Source of the DNA: Curvularia clavata
Taxonomy: Eukaryota
Direction of reading: 5' to 3'
DNA: 64,000 nt
NCBI GenBank assembly: GCA_023920165.1
Contig: CP089276.1
Span: 3,782,001 to 3,846,000 of the forward strand
Shown here: positions 12,212 through 24,518 of the stretch, in pieces
Layout of the letters: the number at the start of each line of letters is the position of its first letter
How positions within the stretch are numbered: position 1 is the first letter of the stretch
Position numbers and translations under genes: made by a program
The notes under the pieces: model-generated
What the model saw: the letters and a program-made list of their open reading frames with translations, nothing else
What the model was told of the DNA's origin: nothing
Database searches by the model: none

Positions 12212-13046
12212 TACGAAACCTCTTTTTTGGCTTTCTCTGCTTGTATCTTTTATTCTTCTGCGTCTTCTTCTTTTTCACCTTCTTCTTTGACGAACGAACA
12301 ATTACTTCATGACCTGCACCTGGCATCTGCCCTCATGTCTTTTTTTGCACCCGATGAGATTGACGACGACAACGAAACAGTTCTCTCTCTCGACTCGCGA
12401 AACATGACTATCACACATACACACACACACACAACACCCTTACCACCACTACCACTACCCTTGTTTTTGATACTTAGCGTGTCTTGCTTGTACCTTCTTA
12501 CTCCATTCGCATTTGGGCGTCTTGACTTGGCATTGTCTGAGCATTTTTGTGCGATTCGAATTATTGCATTGGGAAGCGGGTGGCACGGAAGGGATACGTG
12601 GCTAAGGAATTGTACGGCTAACGCGGGAATGCGAAAATAACTAGATGAGTTTTAATCGTTGGGTCCGCGCTTTGGGAAGTGACGATGAGACGCACCATGT
12701 GCTATTGCTGTAGACGCGGGGGTGATGCCAGCCGAGTCCTAGTAGTTATATCTGCGTAATGGGTTAATGATGAGTTTAGGTTATTGCTGGCGGTAGTAGG
12801 CGTTGAGTAGTGAGGACTGATTCGTATGCCAGGAAATGCTAGGCACTGGTATTTCCCATGTCTTGAGCAGAAGGGACAGAGTCAGACATGATGGAAGGTC
12901 TAGGCAATGGATATCAAAAAAGTGTATTCGCACACTACGCTATCAGCTTTCACTCTTCGCCCCCAAAAAATAAACTAATTCTCAATACCGGTCGTCATAC
13001 TCTATAGTTTGTCGTAATGAGATTGTGAATTGTAACAGGTATGTTT

Positions 13047-13959
13047 TTAGAAACAGAACACCTGATCCTCAAGCTTGCTAACAGGCCTCGCCCTGTCGTA
13101 ACCCAGGCTCTCTGTGGCCTTCTTCATGGCCGCAACCATAGGTGGGGGACCACAGATGAGAATCTTGATATCCTTTGCGGGCGCAGGGAGCTTCTCCTTG
13201 ATCATATCTGCCGTGACGAAGCCAACACCGCCAGACCAGTTCTCCGGTGGGTTGTTCAGAACGTAGTGAACCCTGAACTTAGGGTCCTTAGCGGCCAGAC
13301 CATCGAGCTCGTCCTTGAGCAGAATATCCTCGGGGTTAACATTGGCGAAAATGAGATCGACCTCGGTCTTGTCGCCTGTTGCTCGTCCACGCATAATAGC
13401 CTTGGCAACCTGCAGCATAGGCGTGATTCCGGTACCGCCAGCAATCATACCAAAGTGCCTAACCATGTTGGGCGTGTAAACCATGGCGCCCTTGGGACCC
13501 CGGATCTTCATCTTGTCGCCAATCTTCATTTCAGCAACATACTTGGAGATGTTTCCAGTAGGGTACGATTTGATGAGCAGATCGACATGGCCCTTGTCCT
13601 CGTCCGAGGTAATGGGTGTGTACGAGCGGACGACTTCCTTGGGCTGGCCGGGGATTGTAGCGGCGAGAGAAATGTGCTGGCCGATGGGCAGACCGAGGAT
13701 ATCGGTAGGACGGGGTAGCTTGAAGCGGTAGATGGCCGTGTTGTGCGAGAGGACTTCCTTGTGCTCTAGTTCGAACTCTTGGAACTCGGTCGGCTTGAGC
13801 ACTTTGCGGGGTGCTGGGTTGGGTGGGTTAGCATCAACTTTTTGACTGGAGCAGAATGGGCTGCTACGTACCACTGCTGCTGCTGGCATACACCAGGTAG
13901 CCACCCACAATGGCGACCAGAGCCACCGCAAATGGCAGGAGATCCATGACTGATACCAT
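13047..13959 (-). CDS. CBR1: NADH-cytochrome b5 reductase (~284 aa, N-terminal membrane anchor), 2 exons
   Basis: Exon 1 13959-13872 ([29 protein letters not shown]), intron 13871-13814 (GTACGT...GCTAAC...CAG), exon 2 13813-13047. Motifs [36 protein letters not shown]. Confidence 0.93.
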
Positions 13960-14720
13960 TGTTCAAACGCGCGTGGGGAAGACGGGCGTTTATAAGTTCT
14001 AGCAGGAATGAGGGAGGGCGAAAGCGGTGGGAGGCACTTGGGGAATCAGGGTTGCCGAAAGTTCGGAGCTAGGAAGCGCTGCCCCACGAAACGCTTACTT
14101 GCTGTGATTGGCTGCCGTGGCGAGTTCAACGATTCAGGGACTCGTTGCGCATATTAGGGAAACTTGACCCACATCACGTGAGTATAGTACGACTACGCCG
14201 CCCGGGTCTGCTTGCTTGAATTCTCCCATGCGATACGCTGAGTTCATGTGACGGGTATACCGGAGCCGCGGTCAGCACGGAAATATGCCGCCATGTCGCC
14301 ACGGAGTATGCCTGACAAGTACCTATACTCTCCGATCCGGGGCTATCCGACGGCTTCGAGTGATCGTTGTTTTCCGCAAACACCAGAAATGCCTCTCGGA
14401 TTTTTGTCACTTGCAGAAACACTCCGATTACTATTCTGGGCTGGTGAAATGTGTAGGAGTATGTTTGAACATTAGAACAAAAACAACAATAGAAACGAGG
14501 TAGTTAAGGACATTGACATGTCTCTTTGATACTTGTTATGTTGACCTGGACTGCGGTACATTACGCTTAAAAAATATCCCGAGGACATAGATTCTGCAAC
14601 AGTATTCTTCACCTTGTCCAGTTACTAAGTGCTAGACTTATTAGGTGCCACCAGCAACTATTCACAGAAATGCGTTAAGCATGCCCAGCACCTGCTAAGC
14701 AATTCAGTCCTGCCGTACTT

Positions 14721-16007
14721 TCATTGACTTTTGGGCTGAAGTCCCATTTTTGCGACCAAAGCCTCAGCAATGTCATGTGCGAAGCCTTCGTCGTTGATCG
14801 GTCGGTCGTCTTCCACAATGTCAATTCCGCTTCCTTGAAGCCCGCTCTTAATAGTATCAAACAGCACTGCATCGGCCTTTGCATCTTCGAACGGTCCTCC
14901 AGGTGTTGCAATCATACTGATTCCTCCCTTGGGAAGCCAAACTTGCACAGCCTGTGGATTCTTTGCATACTTTTTCAGCTGTGTCGTGATAAATTCGCCG
15001 ACTTGTCTTGCCTCGCTTTCCGACGTCCTCATGAGCGTTACAACTGGGTTATGCTCATACAGCTTGCGGTCTTTGTAATGCTCTGGAATGGTGGCCTTGG
15101 GACCAAAGTTCGTCATATCTGTTGCACCCACAGAGATGATATTGGGTATTCCCGCTCTTGCTGCAGCTTCCAGGCGATGCTCGCCTGCGCTCATAACGCC
15201 GCCTGTTATGTGATCGCATATCTCTGTCGTTGTAAGATCAAGCACTGCATCAAGACCCTGTTCCTGCACCAGTCGCTCCATGGCCTTTCCACCGTGTCCC
15301 GTAGCATGGAAGACATATGTCTCGATATCGTATCTCGCCTCTAGATGTCTTCGAATACCATCGACAGCTGGAGTCGTGACGCCAAACATTGTGATACCAA
15401 CGCGTTTCTTCTTGGGCTGAGTGATGGCCTTGTTTTTTGATTTATGTGCATGAGCCATGCCTGCAATGGCAGCCCCAGCATTGCTGAGGACCTGTCGAAG
15501 TACTTGATTTAAACCAGCCACATCAACCACGCTGTACATCATCGTTATATCCGTCTCGCCAACAATCGGGCCAGTGTCGCCACTCGCTATAGTCGAAACA
15601 ATCAGTTTCGGAAAGCCAATTGGCAAAGCATTCCTCATCACTTCTGCAGCAAGCGATGTGCCACCTGAGCCGCCCGCACTGACAACAGCATCACACATGC
15701 CTTCCTTCAGAAGATGCTTCACGGCTCTTGTCGCACACCCCGCCATGGCTGTGATGAGCTCGCCTCGTGGCAGCTTGCTGACAAGCTCGAATCGGTGCGA
15801 CGCTTGACCGGCTTCTATTCCATCACCAAAATCAGAGAGTAATCGCTCCTGGCCGATCTCAATGGCTTCGTGCTTTGTGAGGCTACGGCCCACATCAATG
15901 AGTATTACATGGGCCTCGTTGCGGTGAATGCGTTCTCGTAAGAAAAGCAGCTCTTCTAATTTCGTATCGCAGGTACCAATCAGCACGACACGAGGATGGC
16001 CAGACAT
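14721..16007 (-). CDS. UPF0261 / Tm-1 N-terminal-like ATP-binding domain protein (428 aa, intronless)
   Basis: Motifs IGTCDTKLEE, AGGSGGT, LPIGFPKLIVST, MYSVVDVAGLN, GITMFGVTTP, VFHATGHGGKAME, DLTTTE, HNPVVTLMRT. Confidence 0.88.
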   Translation of the reverse strand: MSGHPRVVLIGTCDTKLEELLFLRERIHRNEAHVILIDVGRSLTKHEAIEIGQERLLSDFGDGIEAGQASHRFELVSKLPRGELITAMAGCATRAVKHLLKEGMCDAVVSAGGSGGTSLAAEVMRNALPIGFPKLIVSTIASGDTGPIVGETDITMMYSVVDVAGLNQVLRQVLSNAGAAIAGMAHAHKSKNKAITQPKKKRVGITMFGVTTPAVDGIRRHLEARYDIETYVFHATGHGGKAMERLVQEQGLDAVLDLTTTEICDHITGGVMSAGEHRLEAAARAGIPNIISVGATDMTNFGPKATIPEHYKDRKLYEHNPVVTLMRTSESEARQVGEFITTQLKKYAKNPQAVQVWLPKGGISMIATPGGPFEDAKADAVLFDTIKSGLQGSGIDIVEDDRPINDEGFAHDIAEALVAKMGLQPKSQ

Positions 16008-16228
16008 GTTGATAATGATGTAGTGGAGATGTGTTGTGAGTAGACTCCACGGACTGCTAGTGGGTCTTGATGATCATTCTCATGTGATAAATCCCCGCTC
16101 GGATAATGTCGTCATAACCTTGGCTCTCACAACCTTTCTTACTATAATCTCTGCGTTGTTGCAGGGTTGCAATCAAAACAATCCGGATACTTAGTTTCTC
16201 TTTGTGTTATATTTGAAACGCAGCAGTC

Positions 16229-17130
16229 ATGTCGCCTCCAACAGACCGCGCCGCTATCCTTCAAAACCTTCGCTCACAAATCAACAATGGGAAAGTCATT
16301 GTTGGCGCTGGCGCTGGCATCGGTCTAAGTGCCAAATTTATCGAAGCAGGAGGCGGCGATCTGATTATAATATACAACAGCGGACGATACCGGATGGCGG
16401 GGCGTGGATCGCTTGCGGGGTTGATGCCTTATGGAAATGCCAATGATGTTGTACTTGAGATGGTAAGTTCAACATATAGAAAAACTACAAAAGATATTCA
16501 TGTGCGGGCAACTGATTGCCACAGGCAGGAGAAGTCCTACCCATTGTCAAGTCTACCCCAGTTCTAGCAGGAGTATGCGCCACAGATCCATTTCGAGACA
16601 TGCAGCGCTTCCTCAAGCAACTCAAAGACCTTGGCTTCGCAGGCATACAAAACTTTCCTACTGTTGGCTTAATCGATGGAATGTTTCGGCAAAACCTGGA
16701 AGAGACAGGAATGTCATACGATGCCGAAGTCGAAGTCGTCAAGATGGCGCGAGAGATGGATCTGCTGACTACGCCGTATGTGTTCAATGTCGAGGAGGCA
16801 AAGAAGATGGCGAATGCAGGTGCAGATATCCTGGTTGCGCACATGGGCTTAACGACCTCCGGCAGTATTGGAGCTACGTCTGGCAAGACCTTGGACGAGT
16901 GCGTAAAGTTGATCCAGGAGATTCAGCAGGTGGCATCGGGTATCAAGAGCGATGTGATCATTTTGTGCCACGGTGGCCCGATTGCGAAGCCAGAGGACGC
17001 AGAGTATGTGATTAGTCGGACGAAAGGTGTGCATGGCTTCTATGGAGCGAGTTCTATGGAGCGATTGCCCGTCGAGGAGGCTATTACGAATATCACCAAG
17101 ACTTTCAAGGGAATAAGATCAAGTGCGTAG
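16229..17130 (+). CDS. TIM-barrel protein of the PEP-hydrolase-like / TIM-barrel signal transduction family (Tm-1 C-terminal-like), ~279 aa, 2 exons
   Basis: Exon 1 16229-16462, intron 16463-16524 (GTAAGT...CTGAT...CAG), exon 2 16525-17130. Motifs [72 protein letters not shown]. Confidence 0.9.
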
Positions 17131-18116
17131 GTCTAGGGCGAGAAATCAGAGATAAAGAGATTCGCGCTGGTTACAATGTAAGCTTCGTGGGCTTTGTCTT
17201 TTTGGACCATCGAGGTGTCTGATATGATATACCGCTCGTGATGATTTACAATTCATGATAGATCAAAATTATGACAGCCTGATCTCCAAAACTTAATGTA
17301 CCAAACTATCGCTTAGAGGGGCAGTCTATCTTATTCCTTTTGTTGATCCCGCGGACTTACGACCTTTGCTCCGGAGGTTACAGCCGCACCAACAGAGCTG
17401 GTCCAGCAGTGCTGTGAACCACGAAGCGGAGTGCTCATCATCATGATGTGCACTAATGGGCCTTTCAAAATGCTCACGATCGATACTCTAATTAGTAAAT
17501 CATATAGCATTACTCGGCTCTACTTACCATACCAATTGTATTCCTGTTTGCAATTCCAATCTGGTGCCTGCCAAGGGTATGTCGCCAAAACTAAGTCGTA
17601 CACACATAGATACGATATCTCGATAATCGGATTGGGCAAGATAAATCGTCGGAGAATCAAAGGTACCTATCTTTTCTAGACTGTTTCAAATACTTATTAT
17701 CGCGAATCGAGCGCAGAGCAATGGATTGTTCGATTACCGACTATCGCGTTACGCTATCGCAAAAGTCGCAAAAGAACCACCAACATCCCTGCACATGCAG
17801 AAAAGGCCCGCTACCATCGGAAGTGACGTGGGTAGTTATCCGAGCATATGCCATGGGTTCTGACAGTCCAAAACAATGACGCGATAAAGATGACAAAAGC
17901 TGCCGCGGGGTAGCATCAAGTACCCCACCTGGAGCTCTTGCTCGACGGATATATCCGATGCTGCACGTCTTCTACACAGTATTGGATTCAGAACCCTTGT
18001 GTGCTTGTCCTGGGGCTCACTCTGTCACATTTATTAATCAATGATCTCTGCTTGCCCATAGTCCCCCAAGAATTACTCGCATTTCTCCTGACGCAACGTT
18101 AACTCCAGCCATCGCC

Positions 18117-21100
18117 ATGGCGGAGGCCAAGATCACACAGCGGGGAATCCGCATTGCCATTGATGTACGCATTCTTCTGACATGAATTGGCCATGCATGA
18201 TTACTGACTATGTAGCGTGGTGGTACTTTTACAGACTGCGTGGGAAACCCCGGTACGGGCAAGATGGAAGACGATGTTCTCATTAAGCTGCTTTCCGTCG
18301 ACCCATCCAACTACGATGATGCGCCGCTTGAAGGCATTCGTCGCCTCCTCTCCAAATTCACTGGCACCGAGATTCCCCGTGGACAGCCGCTGGACACATC
18401 CAAAATCGAAAGCATTCGCATGGGTACAACGGTGGCCACCAATGCCCTGCTAGAGCGCAAGGGCGAGGATATCGCCATGGTAGTGACAAAAGGCTTCAAG
18501 GACTGTCTCGAAATTGGCAACCAGAGTCGGCCTAACATTTTTGCCCTGGATATCCGGAAGCCAGAGGTGCTCTACAAAAAGGTTGTCGAAATTGACGAGC
18601 GTGTTACACTGGAAGACTATGCCGAAGACCCAGAAAGGCATCAGACCAAGGCAGCAAGCATTGAGGAGGCTGGAGATGACGCTGAACTGGTCAAAGGACT
18701 GTCAGGCGAGACAGTGCGCATATTACAGCGACCACAGGAAGATGCGATCAGAAAGCAACTCCAAGATGTATATGATAGTGGATTGAGGAGCATAGCAGTT
18801 TGCCTGATGCACGGCTACACATATCCGAAGCACGAAGCGCTTGTAGGCAAGATTGCAAGAGATATTGGGTTTGAGCATGTCAGCTTAAGTCACGAACTCA
18901 TGCCCATGATCAAGCTGGTTCCGCGAGCAACTTCTGCATGCGCAGACGCATACCTCACCCCTGCCATACGAAAGTACATTGATGGTTTCTCCAAAGGGTT
19001 TGAAGGCGGACTTGGTACCAAAAGCGTAAAGCGCGAAGCGGGTTCCAAGGGTGCACGATGCGAGTTCATGCAGTCTGACGGAGGTCTGGTAGACGTCGAT
19101 ATGTTTTCGGGCCTTAAGGCCATCCTGTCGGGACCTGCTGGGGGTGTTGTAGGCTACGCACTAACATCCTACGACCCGCAGACCAAGATACCCGTTATTG
19201 GATTCGACATGGGAGGCACAAGTACCGACGTCAGCCGATATGGCGCTGGGCGATACGACCATGTCTTCGAGACTACTACTGCCGGAGTCACTATCCAGTC
19301 ACCGCAACTCGACATCAACACAGTTGCGGCTGGTGGTGGATCGCGTCTTTTCTGGAAGAACGGTCTTTTTGTCGTTGGACCAGAATCAGCAAGCGCACAT
19401 CCTGGCCCAGCATGCTATCGGAAAGGCGGTCCGTTAACAATTACGGATGCAAACTTGTTCCTCGGCCGATTACTACCGGACTTCTTCCCCAAGATCTTCG
19501 GCAAAAATGAGGACGAGGGCCTGGACGCCGAAGCCAGCGAGAAGCTGTTCAAGGAACTGGCAGAGCAGATTAACAAGGAGATTGCTGGAGGTAATAAGGA
19601 AAAGGAAATGTCACTGGATGACATTGCCAACGGCTTTATCAAGATCGCAAACGAGACCATGACGCGACCCATCCGTAGCTTGACCGAGGCGCGAGGCCAC
19701 GATACCTCAAAGCACCGACTTGCGACCTTTGGTGGTGCTGGTGGACAGCACGCGGTTGCCATAGCCGAAGCACTTGGTATCTCACAGATTCTTGTTCACA
19801 GATATTCTTCGGTACTTTCCGCTTATGGCATGGCTCTCGCCGATGTCGTCGATGAAAGGCAAGAACCAGAGTCGAAGGTTTGGTCTGATGAGAAGGATGT
19901 GAGAGAGTACTTGCAGGCCAAGATGGCGGACTTGAAGAGCAAATCAACTGTCACTCTAAAGGAACAAGGGTTCGACGAGGACCACATTCACTTTGAGGAG
20001 TACCTTAACTTGCGCTACCGAGGAACTGAGTCAGCACTCATGATTATCAAACCAACAAAGGAAGAAGCCGAAAAGGAATACGGCGGAGATGAGTGGGCAT
20101 TCGGAAAAGCCTTCGTTAAGCAGCATGAGCAAGAATTTGGCTTCACACTGCCAGACCGCGATATCATCGTGGATGATGTCAGAGCACGAGGAATTGGAAA
20201 GACCTTTGAGGGATTGGAAAAGAGCGTAGACCAACAGCTAAAGGAGATTAAGCCCAAAGATCTCTCAGGCGATACGAAGCGTTATGATACACGCAAGGTA
20301 TTCTTCGAGGGTGGCCGACAAGACACCTCTGTGTACAAGCTCGAAGACCTGGAGGTTGGCGATCGCCTGAAGGGCCCTGCCATTATTGCAGACGGCACAC
20401 AGACTATCGTCGTCACTCCCGGTGCTACTGCTCTCGTCATCAATACGCATGTCGTGATAAACATTGGTGAGAGCGAAGAACAAGACAAGCAGATTGGCAC
20501 AAAAGAGGTGGATCCCATTCTGCTCAGTATCTTTGCTCATAGGTTTATGGCTATTGCCGAGCAGATGGGTCGCGCGCTGCAAAAGACGAGTGTATCCACT
20601 AACGTCAAAGAGCGATTGGACTATTCTTGCGCTCTGTTCGATGCAGAGGGCGGATTGGTTGCAAACGGTAAGTCAGGCACTTACGAAAATTGACACAACT
20701 AACACACACATAGCGCCCCATCTCCCTGTCCATCTCGGAAGTATGTCGACATGTGTCCGAAAACAGGCAGCCATCTGGAAAGGCAAGCTCAAGAAGGGTG
20801 ACGTCCTAGTCTCCAACCACCCTATGTTTGGAGGCACGCATCTGCCAGATATTACTGTGATTACACCAGCTTTCAGTGGCGACAACATCATCTTCTATGT
20901 TGCTTCCCGCGCACATCATGCTGATATTGGCGGTATTCTTCCTGGTTCAATGCCCCCAGCCTCCAAAGAGCTTTATCAAGAAGGCGCGGCTATTAAATCG
21001 GAGAAGCTCGTATCAGAAGGCCATTTCAACGAAAACCGCATCACTGAGTTGCTTCTGGATGAGCCAGGCCAGTATCCTGGATGCTCTGGCACCCGATGCC

Positions 21101-22404
21101 TTAGCGACAACATCAACGACTTGAAGGCACAAGTCGCCGCGAACCAAAAGGGCATCAATCTCATCAGCACACTCATGTCTGACTATGGTGAGGAGGTTGT
21201 CAAGTTCTACATGACCAACATCCAAGCCAATGCCGAGAAATCTGTCCGAGCGTTGCTAAAGGATGTGTACAAGCGCTTCGAAGGCCAAGATCTCAGCGCT
21301 GAGGAGTTCATGGACGATGGAAGTCCCATTCGTCTCAAGGTCTCCATCGACCCCGAAAAGGGCGAAGCCGTCTTTGACTTCTCAGGAACAGGACCCGAGG
21401 TGTATGGAAATATCAATGCCCCTGAAGCCGTCACTTATTCGGCCATCATATACTGTCTCCGCTGTCTCATCAGTGAAGACATTCCGCTGAATCAGGGATG
21501 TTTGAAGCCGATCCATGTCCTCATTCCCAAGAAGTCTTTCCTCTCACCCTCGGATAATGCAGCTGTCGTTGGTGGCAATGTACTCACGAGCCAACGTGTT
21601 ACGGACGTCGTATTGAAAGCCTTCCGCGCCTGCGCTGCTAGTCAAGGCGATACCAACAACCTTACTTTTGGCTTTGGCGGCACGACATTTGGAGAAGGGG
21701 AAAAGAGCGGAGAGAGGAAAGAGACCAGGGGATTCGGATATTATGAGACCATCGCCGGAGGATCCGGTGCAGGACCCACATGGAACGGCACCAACGGAGT
21801 GCATACTCATATGACCAATACTCGCATCACGGACTCTGAAGTATTTGAGCGCCGATATCCTGTTCTGCTTAGGGAATTTTCACTCAGACAAGGGAGCGCA
21901 GGACGCGGAATGCACGTTGGTGGTGAGGGAGTCATACGCGATATTGAATTCCGCATCCCAGTTCAGGTTAGCATCCTTAGCGAGAGAAGAGTGTATCATC
22001 CATATGGCATGGAAGGAGGAGGCGACGCCGCCTGTGGTCTCAACATCTGGGTTCGCAAAGTCGACAAGAAAGCCCTTGACAAGAACTCTGACTCCAAGAA
22101 ACCCATTGAGCCTCAGGAATCAACTTCTCAAGCTCCCACAACATCTAGCGATGTGGAAGCTTTGGAGAAGAAGGACGCTGGAAGGGGTAACAAGGAAGAT
22201 GTCGAGTACAGGTATATCAACCTTGGTGCGAAGAACACCGCTAGCATGCGGCCTGGTGAGCGGATCATCATTCACACCCCTGGAGGTGGTGGATGGGGCA
22301 AGGAAGGAGAGCAGAGCAGGGTACAGGATAAGAAAGATCCTAAGCAGGGTTGGAAGGGAGGAAGTGTAGCCGGACGGCAGAGTACCGCCGAGGCTAGCGC
22401 TTAG
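18117..22404 (+). CDS. OXP1: ATP-dependent 5-oxoprolinase (hydantoinase A/B fusion), 3 exons
   Basis: Exons 18117-18164, 18216-20667 and 20714-22404. Motifs IAIDRGGTFTDC, MGTTVATNALLERKG, FDMGGTSTDVS, NVKERLDYSCA, APHLPVHLGSM, GGTHLPDIT, HTHMTNTRITD, TPGGGGWG. Confidence 0.95.
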
Positions 22405-22600
22405 AATGATGTAGATGTGCGGATACTGTGGATGTTTTGATAGCAAACATGTATGTGTGAAGTTCTCATTATTCATATCCTAACCATTTCTGACTATCCG
22501 AACAATGTCAAAGAAAAACATAAGTAACGCCACTCGTGACCAGAGAATCACGTCAATAACGCCATCAGCAATCAGAGCAAACTTGAGCGAATTCAAATCA

Positions 22601-23893
22601 CTAGCCCCCAGCCTTTCCGTCCTTTTCCCTCTCCTGCGCGAACTCAGGCCCTTCGTAAAATGCAATCATATCCCTCCAGCCCCGCTGCCACTCCTCCTTT
22701 AGCCACCCTCCCTCTGCCACCCAAATCTTCTCATGAACTACCTTTAACTTATTCACCTCGTCCTCACTCGGGAAGAACCCGCCCCACTGCCTTTCGAGCC
22801 TCGTTGCCGGGAACGCCGTCTCAGGCCCAAACTGCCAATTCAAGAAAGCCTGCTCAGCCATCAAGCAATCATACTTATCCGTTTTGACATAATTCTGTAG
22901 CAAGCGCTGATGCATGCGCAGCGAAGGTGTGAAAACCATCGACCCCACATTGATGTTCGGATGTTCGATATTAAACGGGTCCTGCGGAATGCCGGCAAAG
23001 ACGTACGGCTCGCACACGGGCCCATCCGCCAAAAAGTCATCCAGATGCAGCTTCTCTGGGATACAGCTGCTGACTTTGGGTATGTCGAACATTTCGTCCA
23101 TGTTTGCGAGAGGAAAGGCGTCAGCATCCAGGAAGAGGATGCGGCGGAATTCAGTCTCTTTCCACATGTTGAGTTTGGCGAAGAGATCTTTCCAGCGGTT
23201 TTGTACCCCGGGGACATTGGGATGCCATGGCAGAGGCGATAGCTCACGGACGAGAGCCCCGGCGCCTGATAGTAGGGCGCGTTGCTCTGCTGTCACGTAT
23301 TCGGCTACGTAGACTATGAAGGGGTGCTTCTGAGTGCGTGACTGGGGCGACCATAGCAGACGATAGATGAGGGAGTGGATAGCTAGGAAGTAGGGATCTT
23401 TGATAGATGGGTTTCGAGTAGCCAGAAACGTAGCATATGCGTATTTCTCCGTGCCCCCGGGAACATAGTTGTGAGGTTTGTGGCCAGTGAACCGCTGTAG
23501 GGTTGGGATTGGGAGTATCAGATCAAGCTCCTTTTGGAAAGCAAATTCAGCTTCCAGGACGGTCTGGCCATTCTGCGCAGCTGGAACGGACTTGTCCTCC
23601 GGAGGAGCTGCAGCTGAACCAGGGCTTTCCGGGGCCGCTTTGGCGGGCGAGCTGTCGTCGCCTGCTGTCACGTGCTTCTTGGGGTCGGTTTGCGGGGAAG
23701 CCGCCGCACCTTGAGATTGCGGAGAAGCTTTCAGATCGGAGGGTAGCACTTCGATGCCGGTGTTACTCTCTTTGGTATCGTAGTACGCATGAGTAACACC
23801 CACATGTCGGGAGTGACTGCTATGTTGTGAGACCAGGAGGATTGTACCGAGGCATGCAATGGTAGCCAGAGCGATATTGTGCCGCCTCCTCAT
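22601..23893 (-). CDS. Glycosyltransferase family 8 protein, type II membrane topology (430 aa)
   Basis: Short basic N-terminus, TM segment and low-complexity stem. Motifs YAYATFL, FAKLNMW, ILFLDAD (DxD), INVG, AEQAFLN, VVHEK. Confidence 0.8.
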   Translation of the reverse strand: MRRRHNIALATIACLGTILLVSQHSSHSRHVGVTHAYYDTKESNTGIEVLPSDLKASPQSQGAAASPQTDPKKHVTAGDDSSPAKAAPESPGSAAAPPEDKSVPAAQNGQTVLEAEFAFQKELDLILPIPTLQRFTGHKPHNYVPGGTEKYAYATFLATRNPSIKDPYFLAIHSLIYRLLWSPQSRTQKHPFIVYVAEYVTAEQRALLSGAGALVRELSPLPWHPNVPGVQNRWKDLFAKLNMWKETEFRRILFLDADAFPLANMDEMFDIPKVSSCIPEKLHLDDFLADGPVCEPYVFAGIPQDPFNIEHPNINVGSMVFTPSLRMHQRLLQNYVKTDKYDCLMAEQAFLNWQFGPETAFPATRLERQWGGFFPSEDEVNKLKVVHEKIWVAEGGWLKEEWQRGWRDMIAFYEGPEFAQEREKDGKAGG

Positions 23894-24518
23894 GTTGAAG
23901 TGAGCAAATTGGTGCTTTGCAGGCGTTACTCCTGCGTTTGTTCAAGTGCAAATAGTTGCTCGGATGTTGGACGTTCACATGTACCGATTGGGGTCCAATT
24001 TCATGTGGTACAGAGCATGTGTTAGTATATCCGAGGTCCCGGTAGATACAATAGCAATGCAATATGAAGCCTCCTCTCCTGGGGGCTGGATATCCCGAAA
24101 GCGACCACGCCATAAAGTCTGTACATAATTCAATGGCCGGCGGTGTTGGTACCTGATTCGGATATTGCCGATGCGATGACGACGATCAGCGGCAGGGCAG
24201 GGGCCATGGTTCTTCTCCGAACGAATACCCTGGAGGCGCCGGAGCGTGCACCGTATTCGACCGTCAATACAACGGGCGCTTAGGTCGTGTGACGCATCCG
24301 CTCCTTTGCACCTGCCTTAGTGCGGCGAAACGTGCGTAACGTATTCTGCCCCTCAAGTGCGACCTACTCCATAATCGTCACATGAAGCCGAATTTTTTTT
24401 TTAAGGATCGACAAAACACGGTCACGCAATTACAACATGTGGAGATTGGCATGAGGGGTTTCCACGCGAAAAACAAAGCTAGTATCCGTATTTTGTTATA
24501 CTACAGCCAATTGAGCTC

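Noticed and set aside
13041..13718. 225-aa ORF antisense to CBR1 (likewise other long antisense ORFs over real genes)
   Set aside because: Shadow ORFs caused by codon bias of the sense gene.
14721..17130. Bacterial contamination as the explanation for the prokaryote-like Tm-1 pair
   Set aside because: The TIM-barrel gene has a canonical spliceosomal intron, and the pair is contiguous with intron-containing fungal genes.
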